Notes under the pieces: model-generated
What the model was told of the DNA's origin: nothing
Databases searched by the model: none
What the model saw: only the letters and a program-made list of their open reading frames with translations
Assembly: GCA_046563655.1 (NCBI GenBank)
Contig: CM102284.1
Location: 4,402,001 to 4,466,000 of the forward strand
Length of the DNA: 64,000 nucleotides
DNA from: Yuukianura sp. NJ FZ-2021
Lineage: Eukaryota
Direction: 5' to 3'
Shown here: one piece after another, positions 24,141 to 43,100 of the stretch
How positions within the stretch are numbered: the first letter of the stretch is position 1
How the letters are laid out: each line of letters starts with the position of its first letter
Translations under genes and position numbers: made by a program

Positions 24141-26084
24141 ATGGATTTTGAAATTTATTTGGTATTAATTTTTAGTGTTTGCTCGATTGTCGCATTTTGG
24201 TTGAACAACAGGAAAAAGCGAATGTCAATTCTAGAACGGTGTGGCATTCCGGGCCCAAAACCGAATTTGTTTACAGGGAATTTGGTTCAATACGAATCCA
24301 TGGCCAACGTTTTGTGGGATTCATATCTCATTCAAACGTGAGTTCCAAAATTCTGAATTTCAAAATCCTGAGTTTGAAATTTGCAAGTTGCAAACAATTT
24401 GTTTTTCAAGTTCAACTGTGAGAACGGAGCTCTGCTGTTCTTTTTCTAAATCTTCTGTGTAGAGCTGCGTTGAATTTTCAAAATCTCAATTTCTGAATCG
24501 AGCTCGGCTGAGTTTTTGATTTGTCTGAATCTCACACGGAGCTATTATCTGCTGAATTTTTTTAATTCTTAAATTTAAAATTCAAATTTATTTGCAAAAT
24601 TTCTTTGGTTTGAACTAGCTACGGCAAAATAGTTGGGTACTACTTGGGCACCAAACCGGTCGTTCTTGTTGCCGATCCGAAGTTACTTAAGAAGATTCAG
24701 CGCTCAGATGCTGACAAGTTTTTGGAACGTCCGCGTCGTGTCCCAGGCGGAATCAATCCAGATCCACATCGGGCTTTAATGCTCGGCAACGTTCCAGTTC
24801 CAAAATGGATTCAACTGCGCAAAACCTTGGCTCCAAGTTTCAATCCAATCAACCTCAAGGCCATGACCTCTGACATTTCTACTCTGGTTGACCGGATGCT
24901 CCTATGCATTAACACTGACGAATTGGATTTCTTTAGTTTGTTTCAGCGGTTGACGCTTGACATTATTGGTAAAACTGGTTTCGGAATTGACTCAAATATT
25001 TTGGAAAATCCGAATGATCCACTGCTAGCTGCAGTTGCAGCAGAATTTTTAAAATCTACAAACTCCCACTTGGTTCGTCTCTACTTATGTCTCCCGGAAT
25101 TGTCATTTCTGCTTCATCCGATTCGGATTTGGTGGGAACGATTGCGCACTTTGGTCAATTGGTCTTCTTCTGCACTTTGGGATCAGGGAAGATTTGCATT
25201 GATGAACAGAAATCTCAATGAAAGCAGAGCTGACTTGCTCCAGTCGCTGATTTCTGTTGACCCACCTTTGACCTGTGATCAAATCGTAGCCAATAGCGTT
25301 CTGTTCTTTGAGGCTGCACATGAAACGTTGTCCAGTGGCTTAGCATTTATGGTTCATTTGCTTGTACATCATCAAGATGTGCAGGAAAAGTTACGAGAGG
25401 AAGTCAGTCACCTGGAATCGCTGGATTTCGACAGTCTTAAACAAATGCATGAGACGGAGAAAGTCATCAAGGAATCGCTGCGGCTGTTCCCGCCACAAAC
25501 GACATTCATTGGACGGTAGTTTTTTCAAAAACGAAAGTTTTTGATTTTTTGAAATTTCTATACAACAAAATGTTTAAATCAACTTTTGTTAAATAATCAA
25601 TTTGGTGTAACTGTATACTTAGATCTCCTTCGGTTGACTATGCAGTTACGGATGAAACCGGTGAAGTTGTTTCAATCATTCCAAAAGGAACACACGTTCA
25701 AGTGGCATTGTTTCAAATTCAGCGTAGCGCAGAAGCATGGGAAAATCCGGAACAATTTGACCCGGATCGATTTGACAATCGAATGTCTCCAGATGATTCG
25801 TGGCAACCATTTGGAGTAGGTAGACGTGACTGCATTGGCAAAGGTCCGTTTTTATATAAAATTTACTGCAATACGTTATAAGTTACTCAATTTTCGCCAA
25901 TTCTCCGTACCTAGGATTTGCAAATGTGGTGATGAAAGTCGTGCTGGCTAAACTTCTTCGAGAATTTCAACTTGACGTGGGAGAAAAGACGGAAGATGAA
26001 GGAAGTATCCAAATTCATTTTAAAACTGCCACCATGACTCCAAAAAACGGCAGTTGGGCCAAGGTCACGCGGCTTCATCAGTGA
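24141..26084 (+). CDS. Cytochrome P450, probably CYP3 clan (~494 aa)
   Basis: Exons 24141-24337, 24619-25515, 25623-25843, 25915-26084. N-terminal anchor, GIPGPKP hinge, WIQLR, I-helix AAHET, ESLR, FDPDRF, heme motif FGVGRRDCIG. Confidence 0.93.
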
Positions 26085-27103
26085 CCACTGACCATGCGAG
26101 TAGAAGTTAGCGAACATCCCGTTCGTTGAGTTAAGCATTAAATTCACTTTATGCATGGTCCTTAGTCAATAACAAACTTCAAATCTTTAAAAACTTTCAA
26201 TTTCCTCTTTTTCAAGTTTTCGAATTCTATCTAATTCTCAGGAACTTTTGTTGAATTATAATCAAAAAATGGTGAAAGTCTGAGCTTTCACTACCATCCG
26301 CTTATCTGCTAACTATCAAAACTTTTTTCCCAAGCCCTTTTCTGCTTTAAGTCAATGAGAGTCCATAGCTCAACAATTTTGTTTTGGTGTTGGAAATCCT
26401 TTGTTTTATGCTGTTTCTTAAACTGCACTACTGTGATTCTTTTCTCATCTTTAGTTGAACGGTCCGTGATTTCCGACATTTCCGTGGTTGCACCTAATTT
26501 TTCTTCAAGAACATTAGGAATGTTTAAATTCCAATACTAAAGATGATAGTAATGCAAGTATTGCCTATTGCAAAAAAAAAATCAATTTGAAGTAGGTTCC
26601 AACGAGTTGGGTCGCTGTCTAACTTTGAAATTTTATTTTTGGTTTCAACTTCAATTTCCAATTAATTTGTGTATTAATTTTTTTTTGAATAAGAAAAAGC
26701 CACTTTACTAATCGATCTTGTCTGTATGAAGGAAAACATACAAAAATGCGTGAGCACAGCCAACATACAAAGTGGGTCGTGCGACACAAAATGCGAAATT
26801 GCTTAAATAAATTAATTGATCCCAGATTATCGGTACCGATTGAGTAACAAGTAATTACAGCGGAATAACAAAAATTACCACTTCCAAAACAATAAAATCC
26901 AGAAATATGATGGTGATTAGATTTTCAGTCTTATGTTTCAATACTTGACACTCAATTGGTACTTGATACAATAAAGTTTTGATAAGATCTGTTAGATAGA
27001 AGTATATTTGTTTGCACTATCCTTGAAAAGGTGGTCTCATTCGTGAAAGTCTTTGCAAGGATAACCATTTTGCAAACACTTTTTAAACCTTAAAATTTTG
27101 AAA

Positions 27104-28634
27104 ATGACGACAGCTTGGCTTGGTTTCTTGTTCGTAGCTGCTTTGATCAACGCAAGCGCAGCATCAATAGTTCCATCAATAGTTCCACCTCATGATGATC
27201 TGACGTCTACCAAATCACTGGAAGCTGTACACTTCGAAACGTTTCGGGGCGAAGAAGCGAATCTGAGCGAAGTGCATTTCTATTTACACACAAAGTAAGA
27301 GATTCCTGTTTTTGAGAAATTGGACAAAATTTGCTTCAATCTTCAAAAATTCAAAGAATCCAAATTATTTTGTAACTCTGATGCTTTTTAGTCAAAATCC
27401 AGTGGAAGCGGATGAACTATTTTTGGGTAATAGAGAGGCGTTACAGAATTCGCACTTTCATATTGGCGGTCCACTGTGGGTTTTGGTCCATGGATTTGGA
27501 GGTGGCATTGGAGGTACTTTTCCTTACGAAACTGGAATTGACCTCCTTGGAACCAATGAAATCGGAAATGTCATTCTGCTCGACTGGTCAACACTATCCG
27601 AGGGCCCCAACTACTTCAAGGCAGTTGACAACGTTAGACACAATACTCCACTTTCTCATTTGACCTCAATTGACCTTTGGCTTCAAATTTTTTGAATTTC
27701 AAATTTTCTTTCAGGGCTATGCAGTGTCGAATTATACTGCCGAATTTCTTCAATTTTTGGTCCAAGAACAAGTGGTGACCTCAGCTGAAATTCATATAAT
27801 CGGATTCAGTCTCGGAGGTCAAGTTGTTGGAATTCTTGGGAAACGATTTGAGTGGCTAACTGGGGAGAAAGTTGCTAGAATAACTGGTAAGTGTAACATT
27901 AAAGGTCAAAGGTCATACAGGTCAAGGTCAAAGGCTACTAAAAGCGAGGTCAATGTTGATTGTTGTTTCCTATCGAATTTTCCAGGATTGGATCCAGCTT
28001 GGCCATTGTTTTACCTGGAATCGGACGATGACAAGATCACTGCCGACGACGCTGTGTTTGTAGACGTTATTCACACAAACGGTGGAACCCAGGGGGTGGT
28101 AAGGTCAAAGGTCATTCCTATGTTAACTATTTCTACTAATGCCGTTCTCATTGCAGATTCAACCTGCAGGTCATGTTGATTTTTATCCAAATGGGGGTAT
28201 GCTTTTTTGATTGCAAAACCTATGTTTGAAAATAGCATATAAATCCATTTGAACATGTTCGAACAATAATTATTCATGTTTGAAGGAAAAAAACAGCCAG
28301 GTTGCGGCATTGACATTACCGGTTCCTGTTCGCATGCTCGTGCAGTTCACTACTTCAAGGAAACCATCACGAGCTCCAATGTATTTTGTGGCTGCAAATG
28401 CGAAAGCTGGGAGGAATTTGAGGCTGGAAATTGCGCATGCTCCGAAACTGCAAACCTGGGATACTTTGTTGACCAAACGTAAGTGACTGTATTGACGTCA
28501 GTGTTAGTTAATCTAATAAGTTGAGAACTTGAATGATTTTGTTTTTGTAACTTTGAAGGGCTACGGACAATCATTATCTGACTACATTCGAGGAAAGTCC
28601 GTATGCTCAAGGGCCCTGTATCACTCCAGCATAA
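27104..28634 (+). CDS. Secreted pancreatic-lipase-family lipase / phospholipase A1-like, 7 coding exons
   Basis: Signal peptide, VHGF, NVILLDW, GFSLG nucleophile, RITGLDPA, VDVIHT, GHVDFYPNGG, QPGC, CSHARA; S-D-H triad intact; TAA 28632-28634. Confidence 0.92.
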
Positions 28635-28739
28635 CCGAAAGAATACTTGGCATCATCCTGAAATAAACTCACGCAAATTACAAATAAATTGATATTATGT
28701 TGGAAAACACTTAAAGATGATTTGATAAAAATCATTCTA

Positions 28740-28836
28740 ATCTGAAATTATAAGCATAACATCAGCATATGACGCTGGCGGAAGGACGGACAGACGGAAT
28801 TGCGATGTCGTCATAAAGTAGCTTTCGCTACTTAAG
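28740..28836 (+). mobile_element. Possible 3' remnant of a DINE-1/HINE-like (Helentron-associated) element
   Basis: ggacggacagacgga short repeat followed by 7-bp stem-loop aagtagc-tttc-gctactt (28816-28833), the typical layout of such termini. Confidence 0.45.
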
Positions 28837-29324
28837 AAGAGTTGAATTCATATTGAGCAAAGTTAAAGCTACTTTTAGTTAAAGTTTATATAAAAAGCGT
28901 CCGCTTCAGCGTATTCTTAACTAAAACTGTTCTGTTATGGTATGCTACACTTGTAACATTCTGGCGCTTCCACTTTAGACTTCTGACCTTACGAAGATCA
29001 AGTTGACCTGACGTCACCCCCTCCTCTTAATCATGTTTCTGCTCCTTCTGGGCAGATAAAGCACTTTTTAATTCCAAATTGAAGCGTGAGCATTTATTTT
29101 GAACATTTGAACTCTGGCTTTGCTATGAATTGAACAAACCCCTCTATCATCTACCTCTTCTTGGCTCTTCTAGAAGAGCATATTGCCACATAATGATCAC
29201 AAGGAGCACAACTTGATAAAGTAGATCAAACTACGCTTTTGGTCACTTTCCACTGATATTTTGGTTCGTGACTTTGGTGAATTCTAAAGTTAGGAACTAC
29301 GGTCAAAGTGGCCAACGATTCAGG

Positions 29325-36657
<7,333 letters not shown>

Positions 36658-37148
36658 AAATTAGGATTCAAAATGGCAAAAAAGTGGTGACAATGGAAAA
36701 TGGAATCCTCTTGTGATAAATCGGACCAGATGAAGCTCAATATTTTGAAATAGTAGCCAGTAAGAATGTTTTAAACCCGTAACTTAAAAACTGACTTAAT
36801 TTTAATGTTGTAACAAAAACATGACAGTGGACGGCGTTATTATATGGAAAATCTGGAATAAAGTGGAATTGTGTTTAGTTTCTAAAATATTAATTAACTT
36901 TAGTTAAGTTATAAAAAGTATAACAGAGAGCTCATGATATGACAAGATGAGATTCATTGGACGGTATGAGATTTCGAAAAGAGCACTTCACATTATTTTG
37001 GTTTGGATTGCTTACGAATTTCTCTAATTAAGTTTTTACCAGTAATTAAACGGGAATGGAGATTTGAGAATGATTCTAAAAGTTTTCTAAAAGACCTGCT
37101 TTAGTTGATTTGTACTGATCTTGAAAGTGATTGATGAACAAGTGACTG

Positions 37149-39268
37149 CTACTGCTGCTGATCCAATTTGATGTATAGTGTAGGACGGGAAAAAAGTTTC
37201 ATCGCTTGTTCCAATTTGATCAACTCCTGCTCCAGATGCTGTTTGTACTCCCGGACGCGTATCGTGTCGATTCTGATGGGCACTCGGTTCAGTTCGTTTA
37301 CAAGGTTGTCATATGCTGAGGAATTCAAAAACAAAGGTTTAACAAAGTGACCAATGTACAAAAGTACTTGACAAATGTACTTACTGCTTTGCAACTTTGC
37401 CAAATTCTCTTGTCGTTCAGCTTCAGACATTACAACATGACCTGCTGGAATGGTGGCAGCTTTCTCGGCTTCTTTCCGTGCAATTTCTTCCTCCTTCCAC
37501 TGCTGTTGCCTCTTCTTCAAGTACCTAAATTGTAATAACGAAAAAAGTAAAAACTTTGTGAAAATGGTTGAGAGAGTACAGTAATAAAACATTACTTAGG
37601 AACTTCTCCAGCTCTGTGTGGAGATGTTACGGAATATCCACTGCTGCCTCTGTGCGGAGTTTGAGCAGATCCTTGACCACTGTTGTGGTTGACATAATCC
37701 GTCTGAGAATCGGTGTCGTAACGCTGTCGGAGTGACGGTGCTCCATTTAGTTGCATTGTAGACATGTTTTGTTTGATACGCTCCACAAATGGATCGCCTC
37801 CACCTCCGTTCATATCTCGATGGCCATTCCGAACGGTACCTCTCCCCTGTGCATGCTGGGGGTGGGAAGGTGCTTGATATCCATGAGATTCGTACTGCGA
37901 TTGTTTTTGCTGTTGCAGATTTTCCGTTTGTTGCGGAAACCGTGACGGATGCAAATGTAAATTCTGCAACGAATCTCCAATATCATCTTCGTTGAGACGT
38001 GACAAACTCTGAGAAGCGCGTAGACCACCGTTATTGAAATTATTGCTAAAGATTCTAGTTTCTTCTGTATTGATTCCCCTGGAAGATCTTCCAGAACCAC
38101 CATCTCCACTGCCGTTCTCACTAGTTCCGCCAACAGCAAGCTCATCAGCGCAGATTCCGTCGCAGGGTAGGTATTCTACGCGGTGAAAATGCAGATCCGA
38201 TGAATCTTTGAATTGCGGAAATCTTTCCGGATTACTCAATCTCTCTTGCTCTGAAAAACCCGGCGAAATGTTGTCAGCATCCTTAAAGTGCCAGTTATAC
38301 ACGGACTCTTGTTGTGGTTTCAAAACATTTGGTCTACGCCTTAGAACAGGAGTGTTTGAGTTTGCTAATTTCTTGAGGTCCGACGTGCTTTTAATCCGAC
38401 GAGCATTTGCAGCAGCGCTACCACCCCAAATCGGTTTCGTGTCATCAGCACCTTTGCTCAGTGATGTTGCAGAATTTGAATTTGTGAGCGAGTCTCTCGG
38501 TCCAAACTTCGTCGTTCCCTAAAGTTCAGTGATAGACAATGATTAGTTTATACGGAACACTTGTCTGTATACGTCAATTCGTTTGTTTGCTTTGGTGGAT
38601 AAGAAAAAATATTTCTTACTTTGATGAGTCCGGAAATTCGTGATTCGACATGGTCGTAGTTCGGATTCTTCGTTAGTCCAGGAATAAATTTCACTTTCAT
38701 CGGTTCCAGCTTCGTTTTACTTTTGGTTTTCTTTACCTCCGTACTGACTTGTCTTACATGCTTCATGTTCTCAACTATGTAGTCACGTTCAGGTCTTTCC
38801 GAGCCTGGCACTGGAATAAGAAAAAGATTGAATCAAAGAAAGCAGACACACAGGAGACAAATCCACAAACAAGGTTTCGTGTGGTGTCTTTGTATAATCA
38901 CAATCACGTCCCGGGTCAACAAAAAAAAACTACAAGCAAGGAAAATATCGATTTATAGGAAATTAATTAGATACAAATAGACGGGAGTCGGAGCAGAAAA
39001 GTACAGCAGCGACTTGAATATTTATTTAAGTCGCTGTGGTACTTTTTAAAGACAGGTTATACTTTAACGTTCTGGGATCCTAATCCTTAATCTCGCTAGC
39101 CATGATCGGCTCTATTTCTTTCTTGTGTTAAAGTAGTTCCTATTTCTAAACTACAATTGTGCGATATGCAAGTTTGGGTCAGCGATTTGGCTTACCCTTC
39201 CAGTACATTGGTGGTTGACAATGAAATCTCGTTCCCGACGATGGGGCGGAATTAGTTCCCCGGAACAT
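37149..39268 (-). CDS. ENKD1: Enkurin domain-containing protein (ENKD1-like, ~497 aa)
   Basis: Exons 39268-39196 (start uncertain, alternative ATG 39208), 38810-38620, 38518-37596, 37524-37385, 37315-37149. RDYIVEN near N-terminus; C-terminal GEVPKYL..IPAGHVVMSEAER..LEQELIKLEQAMKLFSRPTLYI. Confidence 0.8.
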
Positions 39269-39895
39269 AATATACGTTCAGTCAGTGGATTTCAAATTAA
39301 GTGTTCCAAAACGTAACACTAAATTGCTACGTACAGTTTGTTGAATATCTGCCACACGGAAGTCAGTTCAGTGGAAACCAAACTAAAAAGCAAAAGCAAA
39401 TGTAAATGTCGAATTTAAGTTGTTCTCGATGTCAAAGTTCAAGCCAAGTCAAACGTAGCGACGTACTGTTTATAATTCAAAGGAAGAGCATACATTTATA
39501 CCATACCTTACGTATTCACATCGCCCGCCGGTTGGATTAACCGGATTGCCAAAACGGACGATGAAGAATCAGGAACAATTTAAATAACTTCAGCCAGTAC
39601 TATCTACAAATTATAGACCTTATGAATTATTATTATGATGGCATATTTTTAGTATCGTTAGTTAGCAGACCTCGATTTTTAAGAGTCATACCTTTCAACA
39701 CACTTAGTTTAATATGTAGTTCGTGTGAATCATGTTTGTCGCCCCAAGGCCAGGTCATTTGAACACATGTTTAATCGATTAATGTCAATTACCGCTGAGG
39801 AAATGAAATGGACACAACATGCAATAAACTTCGAAGAAACACAAAACAAAAACAAAACAGAAAAAGAAATTGAAAATTAAAAGTTTTGAAATTGG

Positions 39896-39909
39896 GTTGC
39901 CCGGGTAAT
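39896..39909. promoter_or_regulatory. X-box-like (RFX) motif GTTGCCCGGGTAAT
   Basis: Near match to GYTRCC-N1-3-RGHAAC (last base differs), between two divergent cilium-type genes. Confidence 0.45.
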
Positions 39910-40121
39910 AATTTGAACGAAGAGCCAAACAGGCCAAGCTGAGACATTTCATTCAACGCTCTTATGCACATGAAATCTTCCGAAAATTTTCTCAGGTCGT
40001 CGGTCGCTCAGAGGTCAAGCAGTTGTCAGTGAATATTGGATCCAATCATTTAATTGATGTGCAAACTTCAATTAATTAGAATTTGTTGAAAAAGCCGACT
40101 AGCATTTGATCAAGCCTTAGG

Positions 40122-43100
40122 ATGGTTCGGTTTTCAAGTAAGTAGGATTACATCTATTTCATTTCCGTCATTTTCCAAACTTGCTTGACCTTGACCTTTT
40201 ATTGCCCTTCAGCTTTTGTTTCCCCTGCTGACCAAAAATCACGCAGTACAAGTCAGAAGGGAGGGGACACCAAAGGACATGGATTCGACGACCTGCTTAT
40301 GAATTTCATGGAACCTGGTAATGCAATGTACCCGCGATCAGTGTCGGGTGACTCCGGTGGTTCTGGTGACATAACCAGAAGGAGGTCAATTTACTTACAA
40401 CGCAGAAGAAAAGCATCCAGGCAGTCACTGTCTTCATCTGTAGACTTTGGATCAGTGAGCTCCGGTTCAGTATTTGACATCATAGATTCAGAATTGAAAG
40501 CAGCAGATCAGACTCAAGCCGATCCGGCTTCGCAAACGAATAACCAAGTCAAAAAACCTGCTTCTTGTAAGATACTTTAAATTTTTGGAATTTCAAAATG
40601 ACCTAGCATGTCACAATAGCGTAACCTAGCGGTTTTTGTCCAAAAGGTATTGAGATTCTTGAAACTGATGAATTGAGTGACAGTGATCCAGAAGAAACTT
40701 GCGATGGACATAAAACGGGCGAAGAAATTACAGAAGATTTGTTTGAAACTGCGTTTGAAATTTGTAGCGAACGATTTTATTATTCGAATGCTCCCAATGC
40801 CATTGCGCTTGAGCTCAGAAATACTTGGCTCAGAGTCATGGAAGTAAGTTTAGTGATTCCAGCAAAACCAAAAGTTAATTAAGTAATTAACACTCTTATG
40901 ATGTTGGTGATGTTTTCAGGCCGAATTGCTAGACGAATACAAACCGGAAATTGGGCATCTCGCAATCAATGTATTCCAGCCCGACAGCATTCCGCCACCT
41001 TTGCCCTTTGACACATGGAGTCGAGGGACCCTGGAAGTGCTGGATCTTGATCAACAAGGGTACGTCAACCAAATTCAAGATCAAGTTAAAGTTAGGCTAG
41101 TTTTGTTAGCTATAAGGTCAAGGAGACCTGCGGTGGCCGTTTGACTTAATCTTTCAACATTTACATAGCGTGACCTTAAGACCAGTTCCTAACCTAACCA
41201 TGACCTTAACTTATTGAAAGATTAGACAATTCAACATCAGTAGCATATTGTTTCATGGACTAGATACGCTTCATCGGCTAGTTTCGGTTTATCGGTTCCC
41301 GGGTCATCGTGATCCAGCATCCAATTTTCCAATTGATGCATTTGGCTCCAACATTTTAGATTTTGGAAATTAGATTTTGTTATTTTCATGCCTTGTTCCT
41401 CCAAGTCCTTAGTTAGTAGCATTGTTTCAGAAGAATTGTTTTAAAAGGCGGAGCCCTTGATATACATCTCTTCATATCCTGCTTCTGAATGGAATCTTCT
41501 AAAAATCCTTTGTTCACAAACTCCGTTGTTTCGGAAATCCTGTTACAGTCCAGTTCCTCTCTTGATAGTCTCTCACTTATGAGAACAGGATGATATGGTG
41601 TGTTGTTTTTCAAAAACTTTTTTCGAAATTACAATTACAAATTAGAAAATGGAACAATTTTAGGTAGACTTTCTTTCTTGGTGGCATACAACGATAATTA
41701 CACCTTCCCCTTATTCCCTTCCAGCGCTAAACAGATTTTCAAAATTTCTCACCGGGGTGACTATGTAGGTCACCATATCCGGTCAACGCTTTCATAATTG
41801 CAATAATTAAGTCCCATCTGCCTACATAAGTTCGACTTTTTGAAATGCAAGAGAGAGAGAGTTTAGAAGATAAATTTTAATTCAAAAATTAAATTTTGAA
41901 ATCCTGGAAATTTTGAAACTAGAAAGCACAAATTACGATTTCATTTACGTTTGTAATTTAAACTGTGCAAACCTAACGCCTGTGACTGTGAGTTGTTTTT
42001 TTTTTAAATAAATTCCCAGAATTTTCGTAACGCATTGTGCAGGCAAGTGAAGTGCTTCACACGAGGCCTGAAGTTACGTAGATGAAATTCATTTTTTCGT
42101 TTTTAAAATTCAAAGTTTCAATTTAAACGGCAAGTCGTTAATGAAAATGGAAATTTTAGAATTTTAACAATGGGGCGTGTGATTATTGTTGAGTGGATGA
42201 AGATGGTGATTAAGGGGAAGGATTAATTCCATGACAAGACAAGTGAAGGTTACCTTGGAATGGTTATGAAGGTTATGCTATAAGTGAGTACAGTTAAATT
42301 TTACCATGCGTTTGAATTTAATTGCTAGGAAAATACAATGTTTTTTCCTCGTACGATTACAAGAATCTGAATAGTAAAGCTACTGCATGCCAAAGTAGCA
42401 TTTTCTGTTTTTTTATAGTCCTGGAGGAATCGTAAATTAATTAAATTGTTTTTCTCAAGCTGAAATGAGCCTCGTAATGGAAACTTGGTAATCGTAAATA
42501 GAGCTGCGTTCTGATTGGTTGGCGAAATAGGATGGGCCCATATGCCAAACAGCTTTAGATAGAATCACAGAGGAAAACAATGGGTTTAGGCTTTCACATT
42601 TACGTAAGTACTTACTAAAAAAAACTACCATTAACTAACCCGCATTTTGGATAAGGTTAGGTTTCGAAAAAAACACAACACTTGCTTCGTGTTTTTATGG
42701 CTTGTTTTTCTCATTTCTTTTGTTAGTCTCTATGTTGTTTACTTCCTTCCCAAGAACACAGATCTCAATGGTTTTTGGACAGGCAAGTTTTAACAACAGA
42801 AAATCCTAGTAGTTTTTTTGCGTGTTAATTTTTTCCTCCCTATTTTTGTCACGAAGCTTGTGCCGATTTTACGCAATTGGAAATGGTGGTGTGAGGACCG
42901 AATGATGTTGTTTTCATTTTGGGGTGGGAATTGTAGTAAACTGTTTGGTTGGAAATCTCAAAAGATACTAAAATGTTGGTTACATCATTACGAACGTGTA
43001 ATAAATTCATGCTTCAGTGCTTTTTTGGCACATAAACCGTAAAAAATGGCACATAACTTATGTTATGTTCCAGGATTTTTTTCAATTCAATTTTTTTCGT

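Noticed and set aside
24340-24600. Repeated gagct..ctgaattt motifs in P450 intron 1
   Set aside because: Too degenerate to define a unit or element.
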